Source: Pseudomonadota bacterium
Lineage (GTDB): Bacteria > Pseudomonadota > Alphaproteobacteria > Rhizobiales > Rhizobiaceae
DNA: 64,000 nucleotides
Direction of reading: 5' to 3'
NCBI GenBank assembly: GCA_020161665.1
Contig: JAIUPA010000006.1
Span: forward strand, 129,583-193,582
A program made the position numbers and the translations under genes. Shown here in pieces: positions 1 to 10,114 of the stretch. The notes under the pieces are model-generated. The model was not told where the DNA came from. It did not search any database and saw nothing but the letters and a program-made list of their open reading frames with translations. The stretch's first letter is position 1. Every line of letters starts with the position of its first letter.

Positions 1-352
1 CCGTCGAAGTGCCCGGCAGGAAGGGAACGTCGCTATCCTTCGCAGCCGCAAAAAGCGCGGGCGTTGCACCGGGGCTGACAATGAACTTGGAACCCGCCTT
101 CACCGCCGCCGCATAGTCGGCAGGCGTCAGGATGGTACCGGCACCGACCAGCGTATCGGGCGATTCTTCCGCCACCGCCTTGATGGCGTCCAGCGCGCAA
201 GCGGTCCGCATGGTGATCTCGATGGCCTTCAATCCGCCCGCTGCCAGTGCCCGCGCCAGCGGCACGGCATCCTCCAGCTTCTCGATGATCAGAACCGGCA
301 TCACCGGCTGCGACTTGAGGATGGAGACGAGATTGGCGGCTTTATCGCTCAT
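1..352 (-). CDS. eda: KDPG (2-keto-3-deoxy-6-phosphogluconate) aldolase, N-terminal part; the gene runs off the left edge
   Basis: Open at the window edge, so absent from the ORF track. My minus-strand translation from ATG 352..350 reads MSDKAANLVSILKSQPVMPVLIIEKLEDAVPLARALAAGGLKAIEITMRTACALDAIKAV. This fits the Eda-family N-terminal pattern (PV-I/L, A-L-x-x-G-G, IE-I/V-T-L/M-R). A GGAAGG Shine-Dalgarno (SD) sequence lies just upstream. Confidence 0.8.
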   Translation of the reverse strand, partial: MSDKAANLVSILKSQPVMPVLIIEKLEDAVPLARALAAGGLKAIEITMRTACALDAIKAVAEESPDTLVGAGTILTPADYAAAVKAGSKFIVSPGATPALFAAAKDSDVPFLPGTST

Positions 353-520
353 GAAAGGGCCTTCCCTTTTAAATCGATTGAACTGCGAAGTTCATAGGCA
401 TTTCGACTGTCATTGTCGAGACAAAAGCGTAACCTATAACGGTGTCTCCCACCATAGAGCCGCTACCCGAATTTGCGCAAATGCAAAAAGCGGCGCCCTT
501 CCCCGGAGTAACGGTCAAGA

Positions 521-1009
521 ATGGCGACAGAGATCGAACGCAAGTTTCTGGTCGTTGGCGAAAGCTGGCGCGAAGAAACCATGTCTCATGCCCAAATGAT
601 ACAGGCCTATCTGTTCAGCGCGCCGGACCGCTCCATGCGGGTGCGCATTGAAAACGACAGCCGCGCCACGCTGTGCATCAAGTTCGGTGCCTCACCACTT
701 TTCCGCGACGAATTCGAATACCCCATTCCTGTTGCGGATGCGAAGGAACTGGTGGTGCACGCCAGCGGCGCCGTGATCGAAAAGACGCGCTATCTCTCCC
801 ATTTTCAGGGCTACCTCTGGGAAATCGATGTCTATGGCGGGGTCTATGCCGGCCTGATCGTTGCCGAAGTGGAAATGGACAGCACGGAGGATAATCCGCC
901 GCTTCCCGCTTGGGTGGGGCTGGAAGTCACGCACGACCGGCGCTATTCCAACGCCATGCTGGCAACCCGCAACATGGCTGGAGAACTTGGGCATGGCCCC
1001 GCGATTTGA
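521..1009 (+). CDS. CYTH-domain protein (triphosphate tunnel metalloenzyme / CyaB-ThTPase family)
   Basis: ORF 521..1009. The N-terminus MATEIERKFLV carries the ExExK signature of CYTH domains. It overlaps the downstream CHAD gene by 17 nt. Confidence 0.8.
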   Translation: MATEIERKFLVVGESWREETMSHAQMIQAYLFSAPDRSMRVRIENDSRATLCIKFGASPLFRDEFEYPIPVADAKELVVHASGAVIEKTRYLSHFQGYLWEIDVYGGVYAGLIVAEVEMDSTEDNPPLPAWVGLEVTHDRRYSNAMLATRNMAGELGHGPAI

Positions 1010-1895
1010 TCCCCGCGACCGCGATTCAGGCCGGCTTCGAAAGGCCGTATCGAACAGCCTGTTCGAATTGGCTCTGGCGTTCAGCACGCCGGGCAAGAAC
1101 GCCCACGCGCTGATCCACGAGGCCCGCAAGACCCTCAAGCACCTGAAGACACTAAGCCGCCTGCTGCACAAGGTGGACCCGGAGGCTTTCACCCGGTTCC
1201 ATGCCGAACTGGCGGATCTGGGAAGCGCGCTGGCCGAGACCCGCGAGGCCGCAGCCCTTGCCGAAACCGCATCATGGCTGGCCGCCTCTGCCCGCGCACC
1301 GGATGAGGCAGGCCGTTTCACGCGGCTTGCCAAGACGCTGGAAGCCCGGCGTGACGCCTTGCCCGCTGCCGATCTGCGCACCGTTCTCGGCAAAGCCGGA
1401 GCCCGATGCCGCGCACTCAGCGAAATGGCCGCGAACCTGCCCTACCCGCAAGGCCGCAAGAAAACGGCACGGCTTCTGGCCCACAGCTGGCAGGAGATGA
1501 TGCAGGAAGGCCGCCGCACGCTTTCGCCGCTGACTGTCGAGTCCGAGGCTGGAGCCTTTCATGACCTTCGCCGTTGTGCCCAGAACCTGAGTGCTGCCTG
1601 CGCTCTGTTACGCTCGCTCTGGCCGGAAGCCATGCGCGCGCGTCAGGAAAGCTGCCGCGACCTCATCGACAATCTGGGCCGCGAAAGCGACATCGAAGGG
1701 CTGATGCAGCTCATGCGCCGCGAACCGCAGCACTTTGGCGAGGCCATCGATCAAGTGATCCTCGAGCGCCTGTTGACGAGGCGGCGCCAAGCGCTACGTC
1801 TGCTTTCCCTGCAACAGGCAGCCCCGATCCTGACCGTTGATCCGGAAAAGGATGCTCGCCGCATCCGCATCCTCTGGGAAGTGGTTGGCGCATAA
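993..1895 (+). CDS. CHAD-domain protein (polyphosphate-granule associated type)
   Basis: ORF 861..1895 trimmed to ATG 993, with a GGAGA SD about 9 nt upstream. The protein is helical and rich in Arg/His/Leu, with repeated H-x-x-R-K motifs (HEARKTLKHLK, HDLRRCAQNL). It is paired with a CYTH gene, which is the usual CHAD context. Confidence 0.6.
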   Translation: MAPRFDPRDRDSGRLRKAVSNSLFELALAFSTPGKNAHALIHEARKTLKHLKTLSRLLHKVDPEAFTRFHAELADLGSALAETREAAALAETASWLAASARAPDEAGRFTRLAKTLEARRDALPAADLRTVLGKAGARCRALSEMAANLPYPQGRKKTARLLAHSWQEMMQEGRRTLSPLTVESEAGAFHDLRRCAQNLSAACALLRSLWPEAMRARQESCRDLIDNLGRESDIEGLMQLMRREPQHFGEAIDQVILERLLTRRRQALRLLSLQQAAPILTVDPEKDARRIRILWEVVGA

Positions 1896-1954
1896 GATCG
1901 CAGCCCCCTTCAAGGTGATTGCGAAACGGCGCTGAAAGCAGTATCTGGCAGGGC

Positions 1955-2899
1955 ATGACCGAAGCCGAAAACACACTCCGCCCCGAAACGAGCGGCCCCG
2001 TTCTGGTGGCTGCCCTCTATCATTTTGCCACGCTAGGCGATCACGTCGCGCTGCGCGAGCCGCTTCTGGCGGTCTGCGAAGCCAATGGCGTGAAGGGAAC
2101 GCTGCTTCTCGCCCGCGAAGGCATCAACGGCACGATTGCAGGGCCGGATGCGGGCATCCGCACCGTTCTCGCTTTCCTGCGTGCAAAGCCGGAACTGGCA
2201 GCCCTTGAGCACAAGGAAAGCCGCGCCTCGTCCATGCCCTTCCTGCGCATGAAAGTGCGCCTGAAGAAGGAAATCGTGACGATGGGCGTCGAGGACATCG
2301 ACCCCAACAAGATCGTCGGCACCTATCTGAATTCGCGCGAGTGGAACGAGCTGATCTCGGACCCCGACACGATCCTCATCGACACGCGCAACGATTACGA
2401 GACGGCCATCGGCATCTTCAAGGGTGCGGTTGATCCCGACATCAAGACATTCCGCGAGTTTCCCGATTGGGTGCGCAACAATCCCGGCCTGCATAACAAG
2501 CCGAAGATTGCCATGTACTGCACGGGCGGCATCCGCTGCGAAAAGGCAACGGCCTTCATGAAGCAGGAAGGCTTTGACGAGGTCTACCACCTCAAGGGCG
2601 GCATCCTGAAATATCTGGAAGAAATGCCGGAAGAGGAAAGCCTGTGGGAAGGTGCCTGCTTCGTCTTTGACGAACGCGTTTCGATCACCCATGGCCTTAA
2701 GGAAGGCGAGCACACGCTTTGCCGCGCCTGCCGCTATCCGCTGACCAACGAGGAGCGTGCCTCGCCGCTCTTCGAGGATGGCGTTTCCTGTCCGCACTGC
2801 CACGGCACCCATTCCGCCGCCGATCTGGAGCGCTATCGACAGCGTCAGCGCCAGATGGAACTGGCCGAAAAGCGCGGCACCCGCCACATCGGCAGCTAA
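1955..2899 (+). CDS. trhO: Rhodanese-domain tRNA uridine(34) hydroxylase (YceA/TrhO family)
   Basis: ORF 1919..2899 trimmed to ATG 1955. It has the rhodanese active-site loop [12 protein letters not shown] and a C-terminal Cys cluster (CRAC...CPHC). Confidence 0.85.
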   Translation: MTEAENTLRPETSGPVLVAALYHFATLGDHVALREPLLAVCEANGVKGTLLLAREGINGTIAGPDAGIRTVLAFLRAKPELAALEHKESRASSMPFLRMKVRLKKEIVTMGVEDIDPNKIVGTYLNSREWNELISDPDTILIDTRNDYETAIGIFKGAVDPDIKTFREFPDWVRNNPGLHNKPKIAMYCTGGIRCEKATAFMKQEGFDEVYHLKGGILKYLEEMPEEESLWEGACFVFDERVSITHGLKEGEHTLCRACRYPLTNEERASPLFEDGVSCPHCHGTHSAADLERYRQRQRQMELAEKRGTRHIGS

Positions 2900-2905
2900 T
2901 CAAAG

Positions 2906-2931
2906 AAAAACCCGCCTTTCGGCGGGTTTTT
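2906..2931. terminator. Bidirectional rho-independent terminator between trhO and metQ
   Basis: The sequence is aaaaaCCCGCCtttcGGCGGGttttt: a GC stem flanked by an A-run and a T-run. Confidence 0.8.
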
Positions 2932-2951
2932 CATTTCGCAAGCGAGCGCTC

Positions 2952-3731
2952 TTACCAGGCCGGAACGACGGCGCCCTTGAACTTTTCAAGAATGAACGCC
3001 TTCACTTCCGGGCTGTGATAGGCCTCGACCAGCGTCTTCACCCACGGCTTGTCCTTGTCTTCGACGCGCACGGCCAGCACGTTGATGTAAGGTGCCTTCT
3101 CGCCTTCGCGGAAAATCGGGTCCTTGGCCGGGTCGAGACCGGCTTCCAGCGCATAATTGGTGTTGATGACGGCAGCCGTCACGTCATCCAGCGAACGCGG
3201 CAGCTGGGCGGCATCGAGTTCCACGAATTCGATGTTCTTCGGGTTTTCAACGATGTCGGCAATCGTCACCTTGAGGCCAGCGCCTTCGCGCAGCTTGATG
3301 AGGCCCTTGTCAGCAACGATCAGCAGCGCACGGCCACCATTCGTCGGATCGTTCGGGATGGCGATCTTCGCGCCGTCCGCCAGCTCATCAATGCTCTTCA
3401 CCGACTTGGAATAGACGCCCATTGGGAAGTTCACGGTCTGGGCAACGCTTTCGATCTTGAAGCCGCGATCCTTCACCTGATTGTCCAGATAGGGCTGGTG
3501 CTGGAAGGAATTGGCGTTGAGATCGCCATCATTCAGCGCCTGGTTGGGAACAACGTAATCGGAAAATTCGAGAACCTCGATGTCGAGACCCTTGGTCTTG
3601 GCGACATCCTTCACCTTCTCGAAAATCTGCGCGTGCGGGCCGGGTGTCACGCCCACCTTGAGCGTTTCGGCAAAAGCCGCACCAGCGGAAAGAAGGGCAG
3701 CAAGTGCCGTGGCAACAATCAAGCTTTTCAT
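2952..3731 (-). CDS. metQ: Methionine ABC transporter substrate-binding protein (MetQ/NlpA family)
   Basis: ORF 2952..3731. It has a signal peptide (...AGAAFA-ET), NlpA-family sequence throughout, and sits last in a metN-metI-metQ operon. Confidence 0.9.
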   Translation of the reverse strand: MKSLIVATALAALLSAGAAFAETLKVGVTPGPHAQIFEKVKDVAKTKGLDIEVLEFSDYVVPNQALNDGDLNANSFQHQPYLDNQVKDRGFKIESVAQTVNFPMGVYSKSVKSIDELADGAKIAIPNDPTNGGRALLIVADKGLIKLREGAGLKVTIADIVENPKNIEFVELDAAQLPRSLDDVTAAVINTNYALEAGLDPAKDPIFREGEKAPYINVLAVRVEDKDKPWVKTLVEAYHSPEVKAFILEKFKGAVVPAW

Positions 3732-3753
3732 GGTTTTCTCCTTGGGAAGTGGG

Positions 3754-4422
3754 TCAGTTTTTGCGATTTTTCTTGTCGAAGCGCTTGGCCAGCCGGTCGC
3801 CGATGCTCTGCACGCCCTGCACGAGGACGATCAGGACAACGACCACCGCCAACATCACGTCAGGCATGAAGCGCTGGTAGCCGTAGCGGATGCCGAGGTC
3901 GCCCAGACCGCCGCCGCCAACGGCACCGACCATGGCCGAAAATCCGATGAGGCTGACGATGGTCAGTGTCAGGCCGAGCACCAGCCCCGGACGTGCCTCC
4001 CTCAACAAAACTTTGCTAACGATCTGAACCGGCGTTGCCCCCATGGCGCGTGCGGCCTCGATCAAGCCCTTGTCCACTTCACGGATCGAGCTTTCGACCA
4101 GACGTGCGAAGAAGGGGATTGTGGCAATGGTCAACGGCACAATCGCCGCGGACGTGCCAATCGATGTTCCTGTCACCAGTCGCGTGAAGGGAATGATCGC
4201 CACGACAAGAATAATGAACGGCGTCGAGCGCGTGGCGTTAACAATCAGACCGATCACGCGGTTCAGTACCGGCGCTTCGAACAGTTCGCCGCGCCCGGAA
4301 GTCGCCAGAAACACGCCCATCGGCAGGCCGATCAGGGAGCCAAGGAGGCCGGACACGAACACCATGTGCAGCGTCTGCCACAGCGCCTTGGCCAACAGGG
4401 AAACGAGCATATCAAACGCCAT
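3754..4422 (-). CDS. metI: Methionine ABC transporter permease
   Basis: ORF 3754..4422. It is a multi-TM BPD-transporter permease containing the EAA-type loop ([13 protein letters not shown]). Confidence 0.9.
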   Translation of the reverse strand: MAFDMLVSLLAKALWQTLHMVFVSGLLGSLIGLPMGVFLATSGRGELFEAPVLNRVIGLIVNATRSTPFIILVVAIIPFTRLVTGTSIGTSAAIVPLTIATIPFFARLVESSIREVDKGLIEAARAMGATPVQIVSKVLLREARPGLVLGLTLTIVSLIGFSAMVGAVGGGGLGDLGIRYGYQRFMPDVMLAVVVVLIVLVQGVQSIGDRLAKRFDKKNRKN

Positions 4423-5497
4423 AGCCGATCACCTCCGTCGTCAGGCCGGTCTCGGCATAAAAGCGTCCGGCGCGCTCCAGCGTCGCGACATCGGCCGGAT
4501 AGGACACGACCAGCGAACCGAAAGGTTCCCCGGCAATTTCATCGATGGCACCGGCGAGAATATTCACATCCGGGCCGATTTCCGCGACAAGCCGCGCCGT
4601 CAGCGGCTGGAAAGCCGTTTCGCCAAAGAACACCAGCCGCACCAGAACCCGGTCGCCCGCCTGCGGCACGGCGCGAAGGTCTGAGCGGATCCACTCCGGC
4701 AGATTGCCGCCCTTATTGGCCGCCGAAAGCAGGCTGCGCGTCGTTTCATGCTGGGGGCGGGTGAAGACATCAAAGGTGCGCCCCTGCTCGACAATGCGCC
4801 CGCCATCGATCACCGCCACATCGCTTGCCACCGTCTTCACCACTTCCATTTCATGGGTGATGAGAAGCACGGTCAGGCCGAGATCGGCATTGATACGCTT
4901 TAGCAATTCAAGGATCGACTGCGTGGTTTCCGGGTCAAGCGCAGAGGTTGCCTCGTCGGACAGCAAAAGCTTCGGCTCGGTGGCTAGCGCCCTTGCAATG
5001 CCGACACGCTGCTTCTGCCCGCCGGAAAGCTCTGCCGGGTAACGATCGGCCTTGTCGGCAAGCCCGACGAGATCGAGAAGCGGAAGAACCCGCGAACGGA
5101 TGGTCGCCTTGTCAACACCGGCGATTTCGAGCGGCAGCGCCACATTCTCAAAGGCCGTGCGCGACGACAACAGATTGAAGTGCTGGAAGATCATGCCCAC
5201 TTCGCGGCGAAGCGAACGAAGGCCGGACGCATCCAGCGCATCCACATCGACCCCATCCACATAGACATGGCCGGAGGACGGGCGTTCCAGCCCATTGACG
5301 AGACGAATGAGCGTCGACTTGCCCGCCCCCGAACGGCCGATGATCCCGGCAATCGCGCCGCGCGGCACGGTATAATCGACATCGGAAAGGGCGGTGAAGG
5401 CCGGGGCTTGCGCCGTTCCGCCAAAGACCTTGCCGACGGCATCGAAACGAACCATGGGCTGCGACGCGCCGCCCTTCAATGCAATGGAATGACTCAC
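4412..5497 (-). CDS. metN: Methionine ABC transporter ATP-binding protein
   Basis: ORF 4412..5593 trimmed. It has Walker [10 protein letters not shown], the signature LSGGQKQRV, and a C-terminal NIL/ACT-like domain. I prefer the GTG at 5497, which has an AAGGGGG SD 5 nt upstream. The ATG at 5455 ([13 protein letters not shown]) is an alternative start. Confidence 0.85.
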   Translation of the reverse strand: MSHSIALKGGASQPMVRFDAVGKVFGGTAQAPAFTALSDVDYTVPRGAIAGIIGRSGAGKSTLIRLVNGLERPSSGHVYVDGVDVDALDASGLRSLRREVGMIFQHFNLLSSRTAFENVALPLEIAGVDKATIRSRVLPLLDLVGLADKADRYPAELSGGQKQRVGIARALATEPKLLLSDEATSALDPETTQSILELLKRINADLGLTVLLITHEMEVVKTVASDVAVIDGGRIVEQGRTFDVFTRPQHETTRSLLSAANKGGNLPEWIRSDLRAVPQAGDRVLVRLVFFGETAFQPLTARLVAEIGPDVNILAGAIDEIAGEPFGSLVVSYPADVATLERAGRFYAETGLTTEVIGYGV

Positions 5498-5782
5498 GAC
5501 CGCCCCCTTGCCGGAAGCGGCGACACGAATAGACCTGCGATCATAAAACAACTCTGCGAATGGGAAGGAGGAGAAAAGGAAGCGTGGCTTCACTCAGGCG
5601 CAATCAATGGGCCTGATGACACATTCGTCGGGAGAGGAGACAACCACGCATCACGAAATTCCTTGGGGCACGACCCGAAGGCCGCTTTCATTTATGGATT
5701 TCAGTATCCCCGACTCGCCACCGGCATCCGAGGTATTCTGTTCCAATATATCGGCGATATGGGGAAAGATTTCCCCACGCAT

Positions 5783-7156
5783 TCATGCGCCTCGATGATT
5801 GCCATGCGGAAACTGGCGCGCCAGATCGCGATACCATTCACCGCTTTTCTTGATGGTCCGCACTTGCGTTTCGTAGTTCACATGCACCAGACCGAAGCGC
5901 ATGCGATAACCTTCCGCCCACTCGAAATTATCCATCAGGCTCCAGGCAAAATAGCCTTTCAGCGGATAGCCCGCCGAAATCGCATTGGCCGCGGCCTCAA
6001 TGTGCTGCCGGTAATAATCGAGACGCGGCTGGTCATTCACCGCGCCGTTTTCAACCTCCATATTATAGCAGGCACCGTTTTCCGTGATGTAGAGGTCGGG
6101 CAGTTCATAGCGCGTGTAGAGGTCGGCAATGAGATCGGTGAGCGCCTGCGGATAGACCTCCCAGCCGATATCCGTCACGACATCCGAAACGAAGGGCGCG
6201 GGCACCGTGGCCGGGAAAACCGCATCCGGCGACGGATCATTCGAAACACGCATCGGCGTGTAATAGTTGAGGCCCCACCAATCCATTTTCTGGCTGATGG
6301 TTTCCATGTCACCCGCCTCGATCACCGGCATGCGGTCACCGAGCGCCGCCATGAAGCTCTCCGGATAGGCCCCTTTCAGATAAGGCTCGAAGAACACGCC
6401 ATTGTGGAAGGCAAAGGCACGTTCTGCCGCCGCCCGGTCTTCGGCCCGGCGCGACCCCGGCACGACACGATGCGCGTTGAGTACGATCCCCGCCGGAACC
6501 TGCGGCGCTTCGGACCGGATCGCCTCCATGCCAAGGCCATGGGCAAGGTTGGTGTAATGCAGCGCATGAAGGGCGGCGTCCATGTTGCGTTCGCCCGGCG
6601 CATGGACGCCATAAAGATGGCTAAGCCAGACGGAACACCACGGCTCATTGAAGGTTGCCACGGCATCCAGCCGGTCGCCAAGACGCGCCATCACCGTGCG
6701 GGCATAGCGCTGGAACGCATAGGCCGTTGAACGCGCCGTCCAGCCACCATCCCCGGCCAGCGCCAGCGGCAGGTCCCAATGGTAAAGCGTCGCATAGGTC
6801 TTGATGCCGCGTGCCTTGCAGCCATCCACCAGCCGGTCGTAGAAGTCGAGGCCCTTTTCATTCACCGGGCCGATGCCATCCGGGTAGATGCGCGGCCAGG
6901 CAATGGAAAAACGATAGGCCGAAACACCCATGTCGCGGATGAGATCGAGATCGTCTTCAAGACGATTATAATGATCGCAGGCTACGTCGCCATTGTGCCG
7001 CCCGAACACGCGGCCCGGCATGTTGCAGAACGCATCCCAGATCGAGGCCTTGCGGCCATCGGCTTTCGAAGCCCCTTCGATCTGGAAAGCGGCGGTGGCA
7101 ACCCCGAAGACAAAATCACCGGGAAACCGCTCGGCAAGCAGCTTGGGATCACGCAT
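5783..7156 (-). CDS. GH1 family beta-glucosidase
   Basis: ORF 5783..7171 begins at a TTG. The ATG at 7156 has an AGGAG SD 6 nt upstream. GH1 motifs are present: FVFGVATAAFQIEGA, TFNEP (acid/base Glu) and ITENG (nucleophile Glu). Confidence 0.9.
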   Translation of the reverse strand: MRDPKLLAERFPGDFVFGVATAAFQIEGASKADGRKASIWDAFCNMPGRVFGRHNGDVACDHYNRLEDDLDLIRDMGVSAYRFSIAWPRIYPDGIGPVNEKGLDFYDRLVDGCKARGIKTYATLYHWDLPLALAGDGGWTARSTAYAFQRYARTVMARLGDRLDAVATFNEPWCSVWLSHLYGVHAPGERNMDAALHALHYTNLAHGLGMEAIRSEAPQVPAGIVLNAHRVVPGSRRAEDRAAAERAFAFHNGVFFEPYLKGAYPESFMAALGDRMPVIEAGDMETISQKMDWWGLNYYTPMRVSNDPSPDAVFPATVPAPFVSDVVTDIGWEVYPQALTDLIADLYTRYELPDLYITENGACYNMEVENGAVNDQPRLDYYRQHIEAAANAISAGYPLKGYFAWSLMDNFEWAEGYRMRFGLVHVNYETQVRTIKKSGEWYRDLARQFPHGNHRGA

Positions 7157-7259
7157 GGGACACTCCTGCAATTCTGAATTTCGCGCAACTACAACGTTTC
7201 AGTGAAACAGTCTACGAAACACGTCATAATCCAAAGCGATTTGGGAGCGCAAGAAGAAA

Positions 7260-8858
7260 TCAGTGACCGCCGCCACCGCCGCCCGCCGATGCGGAAGGCT
7301 TCTGCACCATCATGGTCAGGGCCGAAAGTGCGATGAAGAGAATGGTCAAGAGCAGGAACACGTCGGCGAAGGCCATGACCGTCGATTGCTGGCTGACGAT
7401 GCCGGACAGCTTGCGGATCGCAACCGTTGCACCATCCAGCCCGTAGGAATCGAAATTGCCCTGCACGCTGTTCAGCCAGTCGAGCGCTGCCGGATTATCC
7501 CAGTTGATGTGCTCGGCAAGGCGCATGTGATGCTCCTCCGAACGGGTGGTCAACAGCGTGTTGATGATGGCAAGCCCCACCGCCCCGCCCAGGTTTCGGG
7601 TGAGGTTATAAAGGCCCGAGGCATTCTTGATGCGGTCCGGCGGCAGCGTGCCAAGCGCGATATTGTTGATCGGCACCATCAAGAGCATCAGGCAGGTGCC
7701 GCGCAGGATCTGCGGCCAGAGCAGCTCGTAGAAATCCCAGTCCGCCGTAATGCCGGTCACCATCCACGTTCCCAGCGCAAAGCCCGCAAACCCGGCCAGC
7801 ATCATGACACGCGGATCAAGCACTGAAGACAGCTTGCCCGCCACCGGCGCCATGAAGAACATGCACAGCCCCGAGACGAACATGGTCTCGCCGATCATCA
7901 GGGAATCGTAGCCGCGCACCCGCGCCAGATAGGCCGGGTAAAGATAGGTCAAACCGTAGAGACCAATGCCCATGACGAAGGAAAACAGCGAGCCGATCGC
8001 GAAGTTGCGGTTGGCAAAGGCTCTCAGATCCACCACCGGCAATTCGGAATTGAACACCCGCCAGAAGAAGGCCGTAGCCGACGTCACCATCACCACGGTG
8101 CCAAGAACGATCTCCTCGCCCTGGAACCAGTCCTTGTTGTTACCCTCTTCCAGCACATATTCGAGCGTGCCGAGGAAGAGCGCCATATAGAGCAGGCCCC
8201 ACCAGTCGAACTTCTTCCAGAGGGCAGGCTCCGGCTTGTCGAAATCAACGAGTGTCCACGTCATGACCGTGACGATAATGCCGGGAATGACGTTGACCAG
8301 AAACAGCCAGTGCCAGGAAAAGGAATTGCTGAGATAGCCACCCACCGTCGGGCCGATGGTCGGAGCGAGTGTGGCCACGAGACCCACCATCGGCGAAACG
8401 ATATTGCGCTTCGACGGCGGAAAAATCGTGAACGCCGCTGCAAAGACCGAAGGGATCATGCCACCGCCGATAAAGCCCTGAAGGGCGCGGTAGACGATCA
8501 TCTGCTCGATATTGGTGGCGGTCGCGGCAAGCGCCGAGGCCATGGTGAACCCGGCTGCCGAAATAGCAAACAGAACACGCGTCGAAAGAATGCGCCCCAG
8601 AACGCCCGACAGCGGGATCATGATCACTTCCGCGATCAGATAGGAGGTCTGCACCCAGGCCACCTCATCCGAGCTGGCAGACAGACCGGCCTGAATTTCG
8701 GCCAGCGAGGCCGAGACGATCTGAATATCCAGAATGGCCATGAACATGCCGAACACCATCGCCAGAAAGGCGATGAGGCGGCGCGGGTCCATATGCTCTT
8801 CCGCCGGGGCGGCGGAGGCGGACAGACCCGGCTTTGATGGGGCGGTTGCAGCACTCAT
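7260..8858 (-). CDS. emrB: MFS drug efflux transporter, DHA2 / EmrB-QacA family (14-TMS type)
   Basis: ORF 7260..8858, 532 aa and hydrophobic throughout. It lies directly downstream of a HlyD/EmrA-type adaptor gene. Confidence 0.85.
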   Translation of the reverse strand: MSAATAPSKPGLSASAAPAEEHMDPRRLIAFLAMVFGMFMAILDIQIVSASLAEIQAGLSASSDEVAWVQTSYLIAEVIMIPLSGVLGRILSTRVLFAISAAGFTMASALAATATNIEQMIVYRALQGFIGGGMIPSVFAAAFTIFPPSKRNIVSPMVGLVATLAPTIGPTVGGYLSNSFSWHWLFLVNVIPGIIVTVMTWTLVDFDKPEPALWKKFDWWGLLYMALFLGTLEYVLEEGNNKDWFQGEEIVLGTVVMVTSATAFFWRVFNSELPVVDLRAFANRNFAIGSLFSFVMGIGLYGLTYLYPAYLARVRGYDSLMIGETMFVSGLCMFFMAPVAGKLSSVLDPRVMMLAGFAGFALGTWMVTGITADWDFYELLWPQILRGTCLMLLMVPINNIALGTLPPDRIKNASGLYNLTRNLGGAVGLAIINTLLTTRSEEHHMRLAEHINWDNPAALDWLNSVQGNFDSYGLDGATVAIRKLSGIVSQQSTVMAFADVFLLLTILFIALSALTMMVQKPSASAGGGGGGH

Positions 8859-8870
8859 GACGGGGCCGGT

Positions 8871-10025
8871 TTACTCAGCCGCGCGCGTATCGACGGAAAC
8901 CACCGTCGACAGACCGGGGCGCAGCCAGCCCTTGTCGAGAACATCCTTCGGTACGGCAATCCTGACTGGAAGGCGCTGAACGACCTTGGTGAAGTTGCCC
9001 GTGGCATTTTCAGCCGGGAGCATGGAGAAGACGGAACCGGAAGCCGGCGAAATCGAGAGAACCTTGCCTTCAAAGGCATGATCCTCGAACGCGTCCACAT
9101 GCACGCGGGCCACAGCACCCGGAACGATCTTGGCGATCTGCGTTTCCTTGAAATTGGCGTCGATATAAAGCGCGTCCGACGGCACGAGCGCGGCAAGGCG
9201 CTTGCCAGCCGAAACGAAATCACCGGCCTGAACCGCAAAATTCCCGGCAACGCCATCGAACGGCGCCCGCAGAACCGTAAAGGACAGATCGCGCTGCGCC
9301 TTTTCAAGGTTGATGTTGAGCGCAGCCAGCGTGCTTTCAGCCTGCTTGCGCTGCACTTCGAGAATGGCAATGTTGGCGCCTGCCGCCGTAATGGCCGCCG
9401 TACCCGCCGCCAGATTGGCCTCGGCGCGGTCATAGGCAATCTTCGCGTCATCACGCGAAGCGACCGTGCCGACATCCTTTTCCTGCAGCGCTTCGGTGCG
9501 CTTGCGGGTAATATCCGCGCCACGCAGCGCCGCCTCAAGCGCCAGCTTCTGGGCATTGGCCTGCGCCAGCGCCGCCTTGGCCCCGCCAATCTGTGCGTCG
9601 ATCGCGTTGATGGCAATGGTCTGGGTCGCGATGGCCGCCTCGGCCTGCTGGACGGCCAGCTTGTAATCGCCGTCATCCAGCGTCACCAGCGGATCGCCCG
9701 CCTTGACCGGCTGATTTTCAACCGCATCGACCTTGGCCACATAGCCCGCGATCTTCGGGGCGATCACCGCAATATCACCGCTGACATAGGCATCGTCGGT
9801 CGAAACGAAAAAGCGGCCGTCGGTCAGCCAGCCATAGCCGTACCAGAGCCCCGCCCCGAGAAGGACGGCCCCGACCACAAGAAGCGCGGGCTTCGGCTTC
9901 TTTCGCCCGGCGCTTTTCACGCTGGCCGCGGCAGGCGCACTCGCTGTCGTTGCCGTCGCCTTCACGTCCTTGCGCTTGCTGCCAGCTTCGGCCTCGGGGG
10001 CCATCGTTTCAGCCACATCTGCCAT
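8871..10025 (-). CDS. emrA: HlyD/EmrA-family membrane fusion (periplasmic adaptor) protein
   Basis: ORF 8871..10025. It has an N-terminal TM anchor, a long Ala/Gln-rich coiled-coil and a C-terminal beta-barrel region. It lies 12 nt upstream of emrB. Confidence 0.85.
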   Translation of the reverse strand: MADVAETMAPEAEAGSKRKDVKATATTASAPAAASVKSAGRKKPKPALLVVGAVLLGAGLWYGYGWLTDGRFFVSTDDAYVSGDIAVIAPKIAGYVAKVDAVENQPVKAGDPLVTLDDGDYKLAVQQAEAAIATQTIAINAIDAQIGGAKAALAQANAQKLALEAALRGADITRKRTEALQEKDVGTVASRDDAKIAYDRAEANLAAGTAAITAAGANIAILEVQRKQAESTLAALNINLEKAQRDLSFTVLRAPFDGVAGNFAVQAGDFVSAGKRLAALVPSDALYIDANFKETQIAKIVPGAVARVHVDAFEDHAFEGKVLSISPASGSVFSMLPAENATGNFTKVVQRLPVRIAVPKDVLDKGWLRPGLSTVVSVDTRAAE

Positions 10026-10058
10026 CGTTATACACCGTCGAATTTACGAAATTGAATT

Positions 10059-10082
10059 GAACTGAACCGTTCGGTTCGATTG
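10059..10082. promoter_or_regulatory. Candidate TetR operator A in the emrA / tetR divergent intergenic region
   Basis: The sequence is gaactgaaccgttcggttcgattg. Its reverse complement, caatcgaaccgaacggttcagttc, matches site B at 20 of 24 positions. Confidence 0.55.
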
Positions 10083-10114
10083 ACATAGAGCGTTTTCTGA
10101 CGCATATCAAGTAT

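Noticed and set aside
5498-5782. Calling a specific SAM riboswitch class in the metN leader.
   Set aside because: I could not align the leader to SAM-II, SAM-V or SAM-I core sequences from memory. Only generic helices are visible. It is kept as an open finding, not as a feature.
5180-6730. Very long antisense ORFs: 5180..6730 (+), 13365..15125 (-), 35536..37767 (+), 39397..40812 (-), 40861..42498 (-), 46666..47892 (-), 48134..50407 (+), 51682..52842 (-) and others.
   Set aside because: Each lies opposite a gene with unmistakable family motifs (GH1, LysRS, SBP, GcdH, ALDH, LplA, phosphoketolase, FtsZ). Their translations are Arg/Gly/His/Ala-rich low-complexity strings with no recognisable motifs. 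Stop-poor antisense frames are expected in high-GC DNA.
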